This document shows, in pieces, positions 1 through 10,465 of a DNA stretch of 53,428 bases. Location of the stretch: assembly GCA_049969675.1 (NCBI GenBank), contig JBMFOP010000006.1, positions 1-53,428 of the forward strand. Reading direction: 5' to 3'. The stretch is from Myxococcota bacterium (lineage in GTDB: Bacteria > Myxococcota > SpSt-1050). Position 1 is the stretch's first letter; each line of letters starts with the position of its first letter. The notes under the pieces were generated by a model that had not been told where the DNA came from, ran no database searches, and was given only the letters and a program-made list of their open reading frames with translations. Position numbers and translations under genes: made by a program.

Positions 1-2772
1 AAGAATGTGGAGGATTTCCCATATATTATCGGTGGCGAGATAAGGTCATCTCCTATAATTGATGACATAGACAATGATGGTAGAATTGAGATGTTGTTTT
101 TAAATCCAAAATCTGAATTACATTCTATTGTGGCGGTGAATAAATGTGAGAAGAAATCCCGACTTGTATGGCAGATGGCTGGCAAGGATTCACAGAAGAG
201 CGGCAGATTCTTCCCCAACGCAGCGAGAATATATAATGTGGATTTTGAATCCGATAATATCCATTCTAATCAGGAATTGAAGATTAAATACAGTTACTTC
301 CATCTGGACGGAAGACCGGAGCAGAATACAAAGATATACTGGTATAAGAATGGAAAACATATTGAAGAGCTGGATGGTAAGAGAGTAATTGAGCCAAAAT
401 ATTTTAAAAAACATGATAAGTTATATGCCGAGATTCAGGATGAGGAAAATTTTAAGGAGTATGGAAGGGGCCCTGGCTCCAAGATTATAAAGTCAAGAGA
501 GATTGAGATAAAAAATGTGATTCCAGACTCACCTCAGATTGAGATAACTCCAAAGGATGTATTTACAGGGAACAGGGTAGATGTAAAGATAATAAAGGAA
601 TCCACTGATTATGATAATGATAAAATTATTTATAAATATTGGTTCTTCAAAAACAATAAGAAACTGGAATATCCGGAGAATCAGAATTTTATAAAATCAG
701 AAGACATATTCAAAAATGACAAGATATCCATTATTGTTACTCCTTTTGATGGTGAGGAGACTGGAAAGCCAGCAACCCTTGATTTTACAGTGAAAAATAC
801 TGCACCGACTACCTGTGAATTTGAGATATTACCTCAGAATCCAACAGTTACAAATCAACTTGAAGTCAGAATAAATAGACCATCCACAGATATAGATAAG
901 GACAATCTTGAATATGTCTACAACCTATGGCTGGATGGAATCTTTATCCCTTATGACTTCAGAACCAACAAATTTGAGCCTGGATTCTTCAAAAAGAATC
1001 AGGAGGTAAAGATTGGTGTAAGGGCTTATGATGGGGAATTATATTCACAGGAGGTATATAAGACTGTAAAAATATTTAATTCGCCTCCACTCGCACCAGA
1101 GGTATCAATTTTACCCCTAAATCCCACAGTGGAGCAGGAATTAAAGGCTGTAATAAAGAATCCCTCTATTGATTATGATGGGGATTCTATAAAGTATAAA
1201 TTTATCTGGAGTAAGAACGGAAGTCCTATACAGGATGCAACTGAAAGTATTCTAAATCCAAATTATTTCAAAAAGGGTGATATTGTTAGAGTGGAAGTGA
1301 TTCCAAATGATGGTGTGGTAGATGGGAAGGGCACAACAGCTGAAATCAAAATTATTAATGCCCCACCATCAATACCGATTGTACACCTTGAAAAAACGGT
1401 GCTGTACTCAATAGATGAGGCAAAGATAATATTTGATAGAGAATCAAGAGATGCTGATGGTGATAAAATTGCATATAAAATAGAATGGTATATGAATGGA
1501 AAGAGGATTCAGGCCCTTGATGACAGATTTGATTCAAAGGGGTACTCTTTAAAGAAGAATGAAAAATGGAATATAAAAATATTTGCAACTGATGGAAATG
1601 ATAAGTCTGGAATTAATGAGCTTTCATTTGAGGTGAAGAACTCGGCTCCATCAAGACCGGAGATCGCATTTGAAGTGGCACCAGTTGATAGAAATAGCAG
1701 TCTTAGAGTAAAGATTGCAAAACACTCTTCAGATGTAGATGGAGACAGAGTAGAGTATAGAGTTAGATGGTTTGTGAATGGGAAGGAGATAGATAAAAAT
1801 AGAGATAAGATGGAATTAGCACCTGAGAATTTTTTGAAAAATCAGAATGTGGTTGTGAGGGTTATTCCTTATGACGGAGAGGTAGAGGGTGAGTTTGCTG
1901 AAATAGGTACCTTTATCAAAAATGCACCCCCATTATCACCAGAAGTAACCATAGAACCTAAAAACCCATCGGTTCTAAGCGATGTAGTCTGTAAAGTTAA
2001 AAAGGCTATAACTGATATTGATAATGACAAAATTTCTGTCAAATATAATTGGTACAAAAACTCCACTTTATTTCTATCTGGAGAAGACAATTTATTGCCT
2101 AAAGGAGTTTTTCGAAAAGGAGATAAAATATATTGTGAGATTGTCGGTACCGATGGAGAATTTCTGGTAAGTGCAAAATCAGACGAGGTAGTTGTAATCA
2201 ACTCCAGACCGGAGAGACCTCAGGTCAAAATCCTGCCCGAGAAGCCTCATACAAAGGAAGAACTTTTATGTATAATCTCTAACAACAGCAAAGATGCAGA
2301 TCAGGATAAGATAACTTATCATTTCAACTGGAAGATGAATGATAAACCATTTAAGGAGGGTGTAACAAAACTCGCACCTGAAGATGTCAAAAGGGGAAAT
2401 AAGTATACTTGCAGTGTAATAGCGAGTGATGGTGAACTGAAGAGTGAGCCTCAAGAGTATTCTGTAAATATACAAAATAAAAAGCCAATGGCTCCCAGTG
2501 TAAGACTTGAGCCACAATATCCATATGAGGGAGATGAACTTAATTGTAAGATTATTAAGCCATCTGAGGATATTGAGAAGGATGAGGTAAAGTATAAATT
2601 TTTCTGGTATAAGAATGGACAGATGCTAAACTTTGCCACCACTTCAGCCTCCATACCGGGTAGACTTGTCAAAAGGGGTGATATCTATAACTGTGAGGTG
2701 GTCCCTTACGACTTTGATGGAGATGGTGATAGGGGATATTCAAACTCTGTGATAGTACTTGAAAAGAAATAG
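1..2772 (+). CDS. Large exported protein, probably 5'-partial: FG-GAP-like end motif followed by 9 tandem Ig/cadherin-like repeats
   Basis: Frame is open to the window edge (AAG AAT GTG). SSPIIDDIDNDGRIE resembles FG-GAP/VCBS. Nine ~92-aa repeats follow, N-x-x-P..P.V.I.P..P...DxDxD..Y...W..NG...DG; the first is the most degenerate. Confidence 0.75.
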   Translation, partial: KNVEDFPYIIGGEIRSSPIIDDIDNDGRIEMLFLNPKSELHSIVAVNKCEKKSRLVWQMAGKDSQKSGRFFPNAARIYNVDFESDNIHSNQELKIKYSYFHLDGRPEQNTKIYWYKNGKHIEELDGKRVIEPKYFKKHDKLYAEIQDEENFKEYGRGPGSKIIKSREIEIKNVIPDSPQIEITPKDVFTGNRVDVKIIKESTDYDNDKIIYKYWFFKNNKKLEYPENQNFIKSEDIFKNDKISIIVTPFDGEETGKPATLDFTVKNTAPTTCEFEILPQNPTVTNQLEVRINRPSTDIDKDNLEYVYNLWLDGIFIPYDFRTNKFEPGFFKKNQEVKIGVRAYDGELYSQEVYKTVKIFNSPPLAPEVSILPLNPTVEQELKAVIKNPSIDYDGDSIKYKFIWSKNGSPIQDATESILNPNYFKKGDIVRVEVIPNDGVVDGKGTTAEIKIINAPPSIPIVHLEKTVLYSIDEAKIIFDRESRDADGDKIAYKIEWYMNGKRIQALDDRFDSKGYSLKKNEKWNIKIFATDGNDKSGINELSFEVKNSAPSRPEIAFEVAPVDRNSSLRVKIAKHSSDVDGDRVEYRVRWFVNGKEIDKNRDKMELAPENFLKNQNVVVRVIPYDGEVEGEFAEIGTFIKNAPPLSPEVTIEPKNPSVLSDVVCKVKKAITDIDNDKISVKYNWYKNSTLFLSGEDNLLPKGVFRKGDKIYCEIVGTDGEFLVSAKSDEVVVINSRPERPQVKILPEKPHTKEELLCIISNNSKDADQDKITYHFNWKMNDKPFKEGVTKLAPEDVKRGNKYTCSVIASDGELKSEPQEYSVNIQNKKPMAPSVRLEPQYPYEGDELNCKIIKPSEDIEKDEVKYKFFWYKNGQMLNFATTSASIPGRLVKRGDIYNCEVVPYDFDGDGDRGYSNSVIVLEKK

Positions 2773-2782
2773 TATTTTATAC

Positions 2783-2811
2783 TTGACCTGAACCAATATT
2801 CAGATTTTAAT
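2783..2811 (+). promoter_or_regulatory. Candidate sigma70 promoter for the MgtE-like gene
   Basis: TTGACC-17 bp-TTTAAT; ATG is only 12 bp downstream and has no SD. Confidence 0.3.
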
Positions 2812-2823
2812 TAGTTTTATTAT

Positions 2824-4119
2824 ATGGATAGTATAAAGACGCCAAATGTATTTATCTTCCTCTCAGACCTTTTGAGAAAACCTATTATAAATACAAATGG
2901 CGAAAAGATGGCTAATATCTATGATATAATCATCAAAGTTCCAGATAATTATCCAGAAGTTATTGGCTTCATTATTCAGAAGAAGAGAGAGAGGTCGCTC
3001 TTTGTACTCAGTGCGGCATCAATGGAGATAAGAGAAAATTTTGATATTATATGTAAAGATTGTGAACTCATCTCTTTCAGAAATTATGATATGACCGGTA
3101 AGATCAGAGCAAATATGGACCTGATCGGGAATAAGATTGTGGACACAAGAAGTAAGAAAGTGGTAAAGATCTACGACCTCCACCTTCTCAGGGTAGATAA
3201 TCTCTTAAAAGTAGCTCACATTGATATAAGCCTTGCAGCGAATCTCAGAATGTATTTTGGTAGTAAATTTTTAAAATTTATCTCTATTGGAGGATTAATT
3301 TCATTTTTAAATAAAGAAGAACTGGTCTCGTGGCGATATCTCAATGCGATACCATGGAAAAATGGAAACTCCAGACTGAACTTTGCGTTTAGAAGTAATG
3401 ATATTATGGAGATGCATCCAGCCGAGATAGCCGATATTATTGAGGAACTCGACAGATATGAACAGGAAGCCTTATTTAAATCACTGGACAGAAATAAGGC
3501 GGCTGAGACTCTAACAGAGCTTGAAGATTCAGATGTCCAGAAGAAGTTGCTTGAATCAGTTGGAAGGGAAGAGGCAGCAGACCTGCTTGAGGAGATGCCC
3601 CCGGATGAGGCAGCGGATTTACTTAAAGAGATTGACGAAGAGGATGCAAAAGACCTGATAAATAAGATGGAGAGTGATGATGCTAAAATAGTCAAAGAAC
3701 TTATAAAACATGAAGAGGATACGGCTGGTGGATTGATGACCACCGAATTTCAGACCATTCCAGAGGACCTAACTGCGGAGCTGGCAATTGATTATTTGAG
3801 AGAAAATGCAAGAGAGGCAGAGACGATTTATTACATTTATGTAGTAGACAAGAATAATAGGCTCAAAGGGACAGTATCATTAAAAAAATTGATTATATCT
3901 GAAAAGAACACACTTATATCCCAGATAATGACCAGAAATCCTGTTTATGTCCATATTGATGACAGGGTAGAAGTTATTGCCCGTATAGTCTCAAAATATA
4001 ATCTGCTTGCCATTCCTGTTGTAGATAGAGATAGAAAATTAAAGGGAGTAATTACACTGGATGACCTATTTGAGGTAGTTGTTGAAGATGGCTGGAAGAA
4101 GAAATTAGGAGAGAGATGA
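2824..4119 (+). CDS. MgtE intracellular-domain protein (PRC-like + MgtE_N + 2 CBS), no membrane domain
   Basis: MHPAEIADIIEEL, EEMPPDEAADLL, EDTAGGLMTTEF, IYYIYVVD and YNLLAIPVVD..GVITLDD; the protein ends right after the CBS pair. Confidence 0.85.
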   Translation: MDSIKTPNVFIFLSDLLRKPIINTNGEKMANIYDIIIKVPDNYPEVIGFIIQKKRERSLFVLSAASMEIRENFDIICKDCELISFRNYDMTGKIRANMDLIGNKIVDTRSKKVVKIYDLHLLRVDNLLKVAHIDISLAANLRMYFGSKFLKFISIGGLISFLNKEELVSWRYLNAIPWKNGNSRLNFAFRSNDIMEMHPAEIADIIEELDRYEQEALFKSLDRNKAAETLTELEDSDVQKKLLESVGREEAADLLEEMPPDEAADLLKEIDEEDAKDLINKMESDDAKIVKELIKHEEDTAGGLMTTEFQTIPEDLTAELAIDYLRENAREAETIYYIYVVDKNNRLKGTVSLKKLIISEKNTLISQIMTRNPVYVHIDDRVEVIARIVSKYNLLAIPVVDRDRKLKGVITLDDLFEVVVEDGWKKKLGER

Positions 4120-4781
4120 GCTTTTATAAACCTATAAACGCATATCCTAAAGAATACTATATTAAGAAATATCTCATTTTTGCTTTTGTATATGCCTTCC
4201 ACGGTTTAGGATATATTTATATAAATTCAAAGGTCAGAACAGATAGATTATATGATGTCTCACTGATGATTGACAGAATAATACCATTGGTCCCCGGGTG
4301 GTCCTGGATATATGAGATGTTATTTATCTTTCCGATATTCCTTGTGCTGATTCTTGAGACGCTGGATGAGGTCAAGAAGGTGGGTTTCTCAATTATTATG
4401 TGTGACCTTGTCGCATATCCAATATTTTTAATGTTCCCTGTTATGTCTGTTAGACCTGAGGTCCCTATGAATACAGCAAGTGAGATTCTGCTCAACTTTA
4501 TCTATTATGTTGACCTTCCCACAAATTGTTTCCCATCTCTTCATGTAGCAGTCTCAATGGTCTCCGCCTTTGTAATTTATCACAAGACCGGATTCAGTGG
4601 TATATGGGCGATAACTCTCGGGATATTGATATCACTCTCAACACTATTCACAAAGCAACATTACTTCCTTGATGTAGTTTCCGGGTTATTGCTTGCAACA
4701 TTCTGTTATTATGCATTTTATGTTGAGGCTTATCAGGAGAGGGTATTTAGGAGATTTTTTCAGGCAAGGGATCTGGCATAA
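4116..4781 (+). CDS. PAP2-superfamily membrane protein (Aur1/Ipt1-like)
   Basis: NCFPSLH and KQHYFLDV motifs, several TM segments, ATGA overlap with the upstream gene. Confidence 0.8.
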   Translation: MSFYKPINAYPKEYYIKKYLIFAFVYAFHGLGYIYINSKVRTDRLYDVSLMIDRIIPLVPGWSWIYEMLFIFPIFLVLILETLDEVKKVGFSIIMCDLVAYPIFLMFPVMSVRPEVPMNTASEILLNFIYYVDLPTNCFPSLHVAVSMVSAFVIYHKTGFSGIWAITLGILISLSTLFTKQHYFLDVVSGLLLATFCYYAFYVEAYQERVFRRFFQARDLA

Positions 4782-4871
4782 TAGTCATTATTCGGTTCTT
4801 TTGCTATTAAAAATGTTTGTTAATTTGTATCTTTTGTGGTAAGTCAATATCCTATTCTATGGAGGAAATTT

Positions 4872-6881
4872 ATGAGAATTATTGTTAATGTCCTGTTTGT
4901 AGTTGTTATTTTATATTTTTGTTTTGCCTGCAGTGATGGAATAGAACCAGTTGATGCAGGAGCCGATATTCAGGCCACAGATAATGCCGCTCCTAATTTT
5001 GCTGGATTGATAGGTATCAAAATAAATTTTCCAGAATCTGTTACATTAAACTGGCTGGCAGCAAAAGATAATGTAACAAAAGAGGAGAATATAATCTATA
5101 TAATCTGTATGAGTGAGACAGAAGGTGGTTGTAAGACCAATTTTAACGAGAAGGATAGCGTTAAAGGTACACTATCATATAAGATAACAGGTCTTATAGA
5201 AGGCAGGAAATACTACTTTTTAGTAAGGGCAAAGGATGAGGCTGGAAATGTTGATGCCAATATGGTAGAAAAGGGGGTAATATTTGAGAAGGAGAAGGAT
5301 ACAGTTCCACCGACATTTATGGGATTGAGTTATGCAACACCAATGAGCGATAAGGCTGTAAGACTTTTATGGGAGAGTGCAGAGGATAATAACACAACGA
5401 AGGAAAAGATTATCTATTCTATATGTATGTCAGAAGAGAAGGGTGGCTGCCTCTCTAATTTCAAAGAGAGTTATAAGTCGGAGGCTGGGGCAACCCATTA
5501 TGAGATTGATGGACTCACAACAAATAAGACTTATTATTTTGTTGTAAGGGCAATTGATGAAGATGGCAATGTGGAGTTAAATAAGGAGGAGAGGAGCGCA
5601 ACCCCATCTGCCGCGATTAGATTTGTAAGGACCTATGGTGATGCAACTTATAGAGGTGCATCCTCATTTCTGCTTTTTGAAGACGGATTCCTTATGTGTG
5701 GTGGTGGAAGGGTAGGGGATATGCTGGGTGCAGATATATTTATTTCAAGACTTGACCGGTATGGAAATGTGAGGTGGATAAAGGTCTATGGAGGACTTAA
5801 GGGTGATTCCTGTAATAGTGTTGCAATCGGAGATGGAGGGTATTTTTATGCTGCGGCATCCTCACAATCTTTTTCAACACTCGGAGATAAAGACCTCTTA
5901 TTCTTAAAATTCTCTAAGGATGGAGAGATCCTATTGGCAAAGCGCATCTATTCAGATAAGAATGATTTGAATGGACATTTAGCAGCACTTCCCGATGGGA
6001 ATCTTGTATTCACAGGATATACCGAATTGGACAATATGAAATATAATTCATTTATTTTATTAATTGATAGTAATGGCAATGTTCTTAAAAAGAAATATAT
6101 CCACTCTGATGTGGATAACTATATAACAAGAGTTAAGATATATGGAGATAAGATATACCTGATCGGTTATACAAATCCAGAGTCACAGAACAACTATGAT
6201 GGATTTATCATTATTATTGATAAAGATTTGAATATAATTTATCAAAAGACCATCGGAGGGGCAGATTATGATAACTTAACTGGTATCACAGTAAATAGTA
6301 ATGGAGGTGTTGTTGTAGCAGGACAGAGTAAGAGTTTTGGTGATACTGAAGGTGATGTATATATCGTGAGTCTTACCTCAGACCTGTCTGGTAAGAACTT
6401 TGCAAAGGTATATGGGATAGAAAATAAAAAGGATACGGTTGGGGATATTGCAGTCTTCAATGATTCATATATTCTGGTTGGGGATATGATTCCACCCATT
6501 GGAGGTGATGATGATGCAATATTCTTGCGGGTTGATAATGCCGGTAATCCACTTCTTAGTAAATTTTATAGAGGTATTAGAGATGACTGGTTCTCAAGGA
6601 TAGCGGTAGATAATGAAAATGTCTATATCCTGGGTGGTACAGCATCTATGCACAATGAGACCCCAGAGATATGGCTACTTAAATTCAAAGAGGATGGGAC
6701 AACAGGCGGAGACTGCAAAGTATCATTTGTCAATGAACTAACAATCAACACCAGGGATATTGAGCCCATTATTAAAGATGGAGACTTCAAGATAACTGAC
6801 GCAGATATCAATATAGCAGATGTAACCCTGAATTATATGGAAGTTGGCGCATATGTAGATACTCAATGTAGTGCAGAGTGA
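4872..6881 (+). CDS. Lipoprotein with two fibronectin type III domains and a beta-propeller
   Basis: GGAGG SD before ATG 4872 and lipobox FAC. Two repeats P.F.GL...L.W..A.DN.T....GL...YYF.VRA.DE.GNV, then YGG..D propeller-type repeats. Confidence 0.8.
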   Translation: MRIIVNVLFVVVILYFCFACSDGIEPVDAGADIQATDNAAPNFAGLIGIKINFPESVTLNWLAAKDNVTKEENIIYIICMSETEGGCKTNFNEKDSVKGTLSYKITGLIEGRKYYFLVRAKDEAGNVDANMVEKGVIFEKEKDTVPPTFMGLSYATPMSDKAVRLLWESAEDNNTTKEKIIYSICMSEEKGGCLSNFKESYKSEAGATHYEIDGLTTNKTYYFVVRAIDEDGNVELNKEERSATPSAAIRFVRTYGDATYRGASSFLLFEDGFLMCGGGRVGDMLGADIFISRLDRYGNVRWIKVYGGLKGDSCNSVAIGDGGYFYAAASSQSFSTLGDKDLLFLKFSKDGEILLAKRIYSDKNDLNGHLAALPDGNLVFTGYTELDNMKYNSFILLIDSNGNVLKKKYIHSDVDNYITRVKIYGDKIYLIGYTNPESQNNYDGFIIIIDKDLNIIYQKTIGGADYDNLTGITVNSNGGVVVAGQSKSFGDTEGDVYIVSLTSDLSGKNFAKVYGIENKKDTVGDIAVFNDSYILVGDMIPPIGGDDDAIFLRVDNAGNPLLSKFYRGIRDDWFSRIAVDNENVYILGGTASMHNETPEIWLLKFKEDGTTGGDCKVSFVNELTINTRDIEPIIKDGDFKITDADINIADVTLNYMEVGAYVDTQCSAE

Positions 6882-8077
6882 TTTCTAATCTTTAATAAAA
6901 TCAGTAGTCCTATAACAAATAGAATCTTAAGAGATAAAATTGATAATCTCTGACTATCTGTCAATCTGGATATAGTTCCAAATATTAGTGGTCCAAAGAT
7001 AGCAGCAATCTTGCTTGAAAATGTCATAAATCCAAAAAATTCTCCAGTCTTTTCTCTGGGTGATGAGACTGCAATAAAACTCCTTGCAAGTGCCTGTGTC
7101 CCCCCCAAAACAGTCCCGCAGATAGATGAGATTAAAAAGAATAGACTCTTACTCTCTGCAATAAAAATTATAAATAGGCTTACTATCCAGATAATTACTG
7201 TAATAATTATACTTTTTATAATCCCAAACTTTCTGGCAATATATCCTGAAGAGATGGCTCCAATCGCTGCAAATATCTGTATTATTATGAGCAGAATAAA
7301 ATTCTCTTTGAGTGTGAATTTAAGTGTATGTACGGTATATGAAGAGAAGAAGACAATGACTGTGGAGATACCATCGCTTATAAAGAAGTAGGCAAGAAGG
7401 AAGATAAATATCTCTTTATAACCCTTAATATTATTGAAGGTCCTTTTTAACTCCACAAATCCTGCTAAAAGATTGACATTCTGTTTCTCTCTATCCTTCT
7501 GTTCTGGCAGAATGATATATGAGGGTATGGCAAAGATTAGATAGGAGAATGCTGTAATCAGTATAATGATTTTTGAATCTTCTATCTCTCTTACAACAAA
7601 AATCATTATTATAAGGGATGTAAGTCCCCCAAAATAGCCGAGCCCCCAGCCAATTCCGGAGTATTTTCCAATCTCTTCCTCTCTGACAATATCTGGAAGA
7701 AATGAATTATAAAATGTCATATTTATTGAATAACAGGAATAGGCTAATATAAAGAAGAGCATTGAATAAAGAACCGTGTTTCTATCAGAAAAGAATAATA
7801 AGAAAGTAGAGACTATGGAGATTGAAGAGAATATTATATATAGCCCTTTTCTTCTATGGGATATATCTGAATATGTTCCGAGAATAGGGGAGAGTAATAC
7901 CGCAAAAGCCATAGAGATTGATGTTGCCACACCCCATAAAAGGTCTCCTCTGCCTCCAATATTTCCAACGATAATCTGTTTAAAGTATAGAATAAAGTAT
8001 GCCGTAAGAATCACCATTGAAAACTGTGCCATTCCAAAATCGTAGAGGATCCAACTAATGATATTCATTCTCTTCAT
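6863..8077 (-). CDS. MFS transporter, UMF1/ATG22-like
   Basis: SWILYDF, LSPILGTYSD, FYNSFLP, SGIGWGLGYFGG, GGTQALARS and EFFGF motifs; about 12 TM segments. Confidence 0.85.
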   Translation of the reverse strand: MKRMNIISWILYDFGMAQFSMVILTAYFILYFKQIIVGNIGGRGDLLWGVATSISMAFAVLLSPILGTYSDISHRRKGLYIIFSSISIVSTFLLFFSDRNTVLYSMLFFILAYSCYSINMTFYNSFLPDIVREEEIGKYSGIGWGLGYFGGLTSLIIMIFVVREIEDSKIIILITAFSYLIFAIPSYIILPEQKDREKQNVNLLAGFVELKRTFNNIKGYKEIFIFLLAYFFISDGISTVIVFFSSYTVHTLKFTLKENFILLIIIQIFAAIGAISSGYIARKFGIIKSIIITVIIWIVSLFIIFIAESKSLFFLISSICGTVLGGTQALARSFIAVSSPREKTGEFFGFMTFSSKIAAIFGPLIFGTISRLTDSQRLSILSLKILFVIGLLILLKIRNHSALH

Positions 8078-8318
8078 AAGTTCCCTTATATATCAGTATC
8101 CCTGACAAATAATTAGATTAAACAACAAGGCGACTGTCATATAATTCCTTTCAATATTATTATTTTTCGTCTCTCACGGCGTCATTCATTTGACTAATAT
8201 AACACAAACTATCAATAAGACAAACAAACTTGTCTCACCAACTAAAAGAATGACAAAACTTCTTTAAGAGCGGTGTTAGAAAGTGCAGGAATTTTTTGTA
8301 AAAAGATTAAAAATTCCC

Positions 8319-8348
8319 TTGACAGAACGACAATATTAAGGGTATTAA
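8319..8348 (+). promoter_or_regulatory. Candidate sigma70 promoter for the EF-G-like gene
   Basis: Perfect TTGACA at 8319-8324 and TATTAA 18 bp later; AAGGAG SD upstream of ATG 8390. Confidence 0.4.
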
Positions 8349-8389
8349 ACCCTACTCTTATTTGACTTTATTTAAGGAGTAATTTAGTT

Positions 8390-10465
8390 ATGAAGACTGA
8401 CGGCATTAGAAACATTTCATTGATGGGTTATGATGGAGCTGGTAAGACCTGTCTCGCTGAGGCACTTGTAAAATATGGGGCACCGGATAGGGCATTGAAA
8501 GAGATTGCACCCACAAGATTGGATCTGGATAATGAAGAACTCAAAAGGAATATTACCCTTTCTACAAAGACTACATTTACTCAGTGGAAAGATGTGCATA
8601 TAAATATTCTTGATACGCCAGGCTCATTTAATTTTCTTGGGGAGACCTCAAATAGCATTGCAATGACAGAGGCATCGGTATTGGTTATAAAGGCGGCAAA
8701 ACCAATAAGACATTATATTGAGAGATTTGGATTTATTGCTGAGGATAGGGCAAAGCCTCTCGCTGTCTTTATCAATCAATGTGATATGGAGAGGGCAAAT
8801 CTGGATGAGGCGTTTTCAAGTCTGACTCAGGAGGTAAAGGGGAAACATATATTTATCTCTTACCCCATTGGGCTTGACACCGCACATCAGGGTGTGGTGG
8901 ATGTATTGAGGAAGAAGGCATATTACTATCAGGGGGCTTATGGAAAGTTTCAGGAGAAAGAGATCCCGCCTGAATTGAAGGATAAGATTGAAGAGTTGCA
9001 TACACAACTGGTTGAGGTATTGGCAGAGACAGATGATGAACTTGTGAATAAATATCTGGAAGGTGCTACTCTGACGGAAGATGAGCTGACGACGGCATTT
9101 AAGAAGGGATTTGTGACGAGGGCATTCTTCCCGGTATTCTGTGGCTCGGTGAAGAAGGCAACTGGTGTAAATCTCTTACTTGATTATGTTGTAAGCTGTT
9201 TCCCCGACCCAACCTCAAGAGAGTGGCCCAGTAGATTTAGTGAAGAGAAGATGGAGATGAGAAAGGTTGACCCGAATGAGCCATTTTCTGCGATTGTCTT
9301 TAAGACTACTGTTGACCACTTTCAGGGCAAGGTCACATATATGAGAATAATCTCGGGGGTAATTAAAGCAGACCAGCCAATCTATAATTCTTCAAAGAAG
9401 ATTGAAGAGAAATTTGCCACCCTTATAAGAGTGGACGGAAAAAATCAGATACCCCTTACAGAAGGGATTGCCGGTGATATTGTCGCGGTGACAAAACTTA
9501 AAGATACTCAGACTGGTGATACATTATCTACACCAGATAGACCTGCAATTTATCTAACAATGGAGTTTCCAAAGCCCACTATCTCATTTGCATTAAAGGC
9601 CAGGACCAAACAGGATGAAGACAAACTATCAAACGGATTGCAGAGATTGATAGAAGAAGACCCGCTATTATCATATACGAGGACAACTGATACAAAGGAG
9701 TTGCTCCTATCTGGAATGGGACAGGCACATCTTGAGATTGCAATTGAGCGATTGAGAAGAAAGTACGAAGTAGATGTAACTACTCAACCACCTAAAGTTC
9801 CATACAAAGAGACTATCAAAAAGCCAGCAAAGGCTCAGGGAAAATATAAGAGACAGTCTGGTGGTAGAGGCCAATATGGAGATTGCTGGCTTGAACTCAA
9901 ACCATTGCCAAGAGGTAAGGGTTTTGAATTTACAGAATCCATCTTTGGTGGAGCCATCCCCAAAAATTATATACCCTCAATCCAGAAGGGAGTAGAGGAT
10001 GCAATGCAGGAAGGTCCTCTTGCTGGTTATCCTGTGACAGACATCTCAGTAAATGTGTATGACGGTTCTTATCATGAGGTAGACTCCTCTGATATGGCAT
10101 TCAAGATTGCTGGTTCAATGGGATTTAAGAACGCCTATGCGGCTGCCAATCCGGTCCTGCTTGAACCTGTAATGCAGCTTGAGATTGTGATTCCCGAAGA
10201 ATTTCTTGGGGATGTAATTGGGGATATCAACTCCAGAAGAGGAAAGATTCAGGGAATGGACCCGACACCACGCGGGAATGTGGTTAGGGCCCTTGTGCCA
10301 TATGAAAATACAGCGACCTATGCTACAGACCTCCATTCAATTACACAGGGTATTGGTTACTTTACGATGGAGTTTTCACATATGGAAGAGGTTCCTTCCC
10401 AGATAGCCCAGAAGATTATTGATGCCTATCAGAAGCAGAAGGGTCAGCAGGAGGAAGAGAAATAG
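8390..10465 (+). CDS. Elongation factor G paralogue (EF-G2 type)
   Basis: GYDGAGKT, RNIT, DTPG, GMGQAHLEI, KRQSGGRGQYG, DGSYHEVDSS, LLEPVM. Stand-alone gene, not in an rpsL-rpsG-tuf context. Confidence 0.92.
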   Translation: MKTDGIRNISLMGYDGAGKTCLAEALVKYGAPDRALKEIAPTRLDLDNEELKRNITLSTKTTFTQWKDVHINILDTPGSFNFLGETSNSIAMTEASVLVIKAAKPIRHYIERFGFIAEDRAKPLAVFINQCDMERANLDEAFSSLTQEVKGKHIFISYPIGLDTAHQGVVDVLRKKAYYYQGAYGKFQEKEIPPELKDKIEELHTQLVEVLAETDDELVNKYLEGATLTEDELTTAFKKGFVTRAFFPVFCGSVKKATGVNLLLDYVVSCFPDPTSREWPSRFSEEKMEMRKVDPNEPFSAIVFKTTVDHFQGKVTYMRIISGVIKADQPIYNSSKKIEEKFATLIRVDGKNQIPLTEGIAGDIVAVTKLKDTQTGDTLSTPDRPAIYLTMEFPKPTISFALKARTKQDEDKLSNGLQRLIEEDPLLSYTRTTDTKELLLSGMGQAHLEIAIERLRRKYEVDVTTQPPKVPYKETIKKPAKAQGKYKRQSGGRGQYGDCWLELKPLPRGKGFEFTESIFGGAIPKNYIPSIQKGVEDAMQEGPLAGYPVTDISVNVYDGSYHEVDSSDMAFKIAGSMGFKNAYAAANPVLLEPVMQLEIVIPEEFLGDVIGDINSRRGKIQGMDPTPRGNVVRALVPYENTATYATDLHSITQGIGYFTMEFSHMEEVPSQIAQKIIDAYQKQKGQQEEEK

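Noticed and set aside
8078-8389. 312-bp divergent gap as a riboswitch or ncRNA
   Set aside because: No recognisable motif or strong stem seen; two promoters could explain it, but Rfam was not run.
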